NCBI GenBank assembly: GCA_001938485.1
Contig: MQRK01255104.1
Span: 1-64,000 of the forward strand
From: Girardia tigrina
Taxonomy: Eukaryota
DNA: 64,000 nt
Direction: 5' to 3'
A model generated the notes under the pieces. It ran no database searches, had not been told where the DNA came from, and saw only the letters and a list, made by a program, of their open reading frames with translations. The translations under genes were made by a program, and so were the position numbers. Shown piece by piece: positions 61,743 through 64,000 of this stretch; the stretch's first letter is position 1; every line of letters begins with the position of its first letter.

Positions 61743-64000
61743 TTTGAAAGGATAGAATAAATAGGTCATATCATCATAGATTTCGATTATTTTCAACCGC
61801 AAGAAACAGTTCGGTCGGGCCATTGCGACACAGATGCAACCGACTGCGACAGGTCTCGGTAAAAGAGAAGTGTTGTCGCAACTGGCGTAATCGATGTTCA
61901 TTTCTTTTTGCATTGTGTTGAATGTTTTGATTTGTTCTGGATCGTAGATTTTATATTTTGTGAACTTAAAATTTGAATTGTTTTATCAAGTTAAAATCAT
62001 TTATTTTATGGCAAACAAACAATACGTGGACAAAACAAGGTCTCATTGTTTGAAAAATAGTAAATTCCACGGAGAACCAAGCCTTGAAAAGGGATTGGTC
62101 CGAAAAAAAAACTTTGTTGTATAGTAGAGTGACTTCATTTTTCTTTCAAGGAATCGAACATATCATTTCATATCCATATATTGACTTTTACAAAAATGTG
62201 GAATGAAATTTGGTAGTTTCTACAACTAAATCTATCATGATGATACGAACAGAAATAATCGTATGAGTTCACTTTCTTCTTCTGTATTTTCAACATCTGG
62301 ATTGTAAAATTTGCTTTTTATAATTGTTGATATAAAGAATGTTTTATTATTGATAAATTATTGTTTATTTGTTTTTGTCTTTTAATATCTTAAAATCTGT
62401 TTTAGAGTTTTTATTCTACGTCTTTCTTTTTTCAATAATGAGATTGATACTTTCTGTCGTAAACATGTGTATGTCAGTCTAATTGTCCCTCTCTATGCAA
62501 CTTCAATATCTTTTTTTGAATTTGTCTTTAAAATGTATTTGGCAATTTTATTTTCATTTCTGTCACTGTCTGATATTAAAAAATTTCACCCACATTTCCA
62601 TGTCTTAAAATATTGATGTTTTCTACTGTTGAAAATTTCGTTCTTTATCCTGGAGGCCAGATAAGCACTATCATTAATTTATTTATGAAACAAATTATTT
62701 TTGGGATAAGAACTAAGCATTCTATCAATTTTGTATCTTCTCAGATCTTTCATGCATTTATGACAAAGAATGTCTCAAGTTCACATAATTCTCTTTTCTT
62801 AAGTACGACTATGATTAAGGAAAATCCCTTTAATTCTTTCGGAAATTTACTAAGATTTTCATTTGGTTTAATGTAGTTATATCAGTTTGATCAATAAAAT
62901 GCTGAGTGAAATATAACTCAAATGTGCTTTAATTGACTGCTTTTTATTTTTCACAAGTAAACTGAAAATTTTTTCTTTTATTCTATTGATGTTAAACGTC
63001 AGTTACGTTGGGTAAAAGAAAATCTATTAAGGTTTTCAATATCAATAAGAGTAATATTTGGCTGCACTAGTGGAGTACGAGCGAAATAAATTGGATGACA
63101 TTATTCAATAATGTTGAGTCACCGAAACGAAAATTGTCATATTCATTTCGACAATTTTCCAATTTTATTTCCGTCAATTTCCAAATACGAGAGCGCTTAT
63201 GAAGCCGATTTTCTTATGGATGATGACATAAATTTGAATAAAACTAATAAGGGGAAAACCGATATTAAAATTAATTTTGGACTCTTACTTCACATCAAAA
63301 TTCCACTGTGGGTGTTGATTAGTAAAATGGTACTCAAAAAGGGTATGTAGTACATACTATGTACACAATAACGTACAAAAATTATGTATTAATCATATTT
63401 CATAAAGACAGAAAGTATATCAAAATGCAAGTGTAAAATAATTGAAAGAGTAGATGATTGATAGTTAAATCTCATTATAACTAATGTTTTCTCTAATAAA
63501 GTTTGTATAATAAGAAAAGAATAAGCCAGACCGGTGTTAAAAGAAGGAAGACTCGTTATAATACTATCAGTGAAAACAGCAGCGTTTCAGATATTTAAAA
63601 GTATTTGTCCAGCCGCGGTCTTTTCAAATAAACTTCCAAGATGTTCGATTTCTACCAGTTATATGATGTTTGTTACTGTGAAGGTAAAACGTCATCAAGC
63701 AAATTACCAGTCTTGGAAATAGGATGTTATGGTTGATTTGCAAAAATGGTTCTAGTGTGTCTGTTGATTGAATCGATTGGATCGGAAAACTTCAATCTTG
63801 ATGCATAGTAAATTGAGATTGGATAACTGTGTTGCAACATACGCTCGATTGCGACTGGTGTATGTATTTAGACCGACACCTTAAAAGTCGAATTTGTCTG
63901 CTGAGTTCACCCGAAAATAATATTTATCACATAAATTTGACCGATATCAGCAATGGGTTTTGACTGTCGGTAGAAGTGCTTCTAAATTATTCGATGCGAT

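Overview
AT-rich eukaryotic (metazoan) genomic DNA with assembly gaps. The many 42-67 nt introns and the mariner/Gypsy content suggest a flatworm such as a planarian, but that is inference only. Three host genes are present. (1) A 16-exon classical dynamin on + (7327-57090, ~820 aa; GTPase, stalk, PH, GED and PRD), assembled by hand with every splice phase consistent and one GC-AG intron. (2) An unrecognised 6-exon gene (~205 aa) head-to-head with dynamin on - (5912-6784). (3) An intronless type-II-membrane carboxylesterase-fold gene with substituted catalytic residues, neurotactin-like (57690-59465). The large dynamin introns are filled with transposons: mariners, Tc1, maT, hAT, MULE, piggyBac MITEs, RTE and Gypsy, with Tigger elements flanking the locus. 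The most striking item is a young 2.03-kb LTR element (14077-16105, - strand) with near-identical LTRs, an ATCTT target-site duplication, a tRNA-Leu-type PBS and a PPT. It has no RT or integrase core. Its interior is a single reading frame that joins an intronless Boule/DAZ-family RRM and low-complexity tail to a Gypsy integrase GPY/F C-terminus, interrupted by one in-frame stop. Other oddities: a Gypsy whose 5' LTR is a ~490-nt hairpin and whose ends are inverted repeats, a Timeless N-terminal fragment, a two-C2H2-finger insertion, and two related histone H2B relics.
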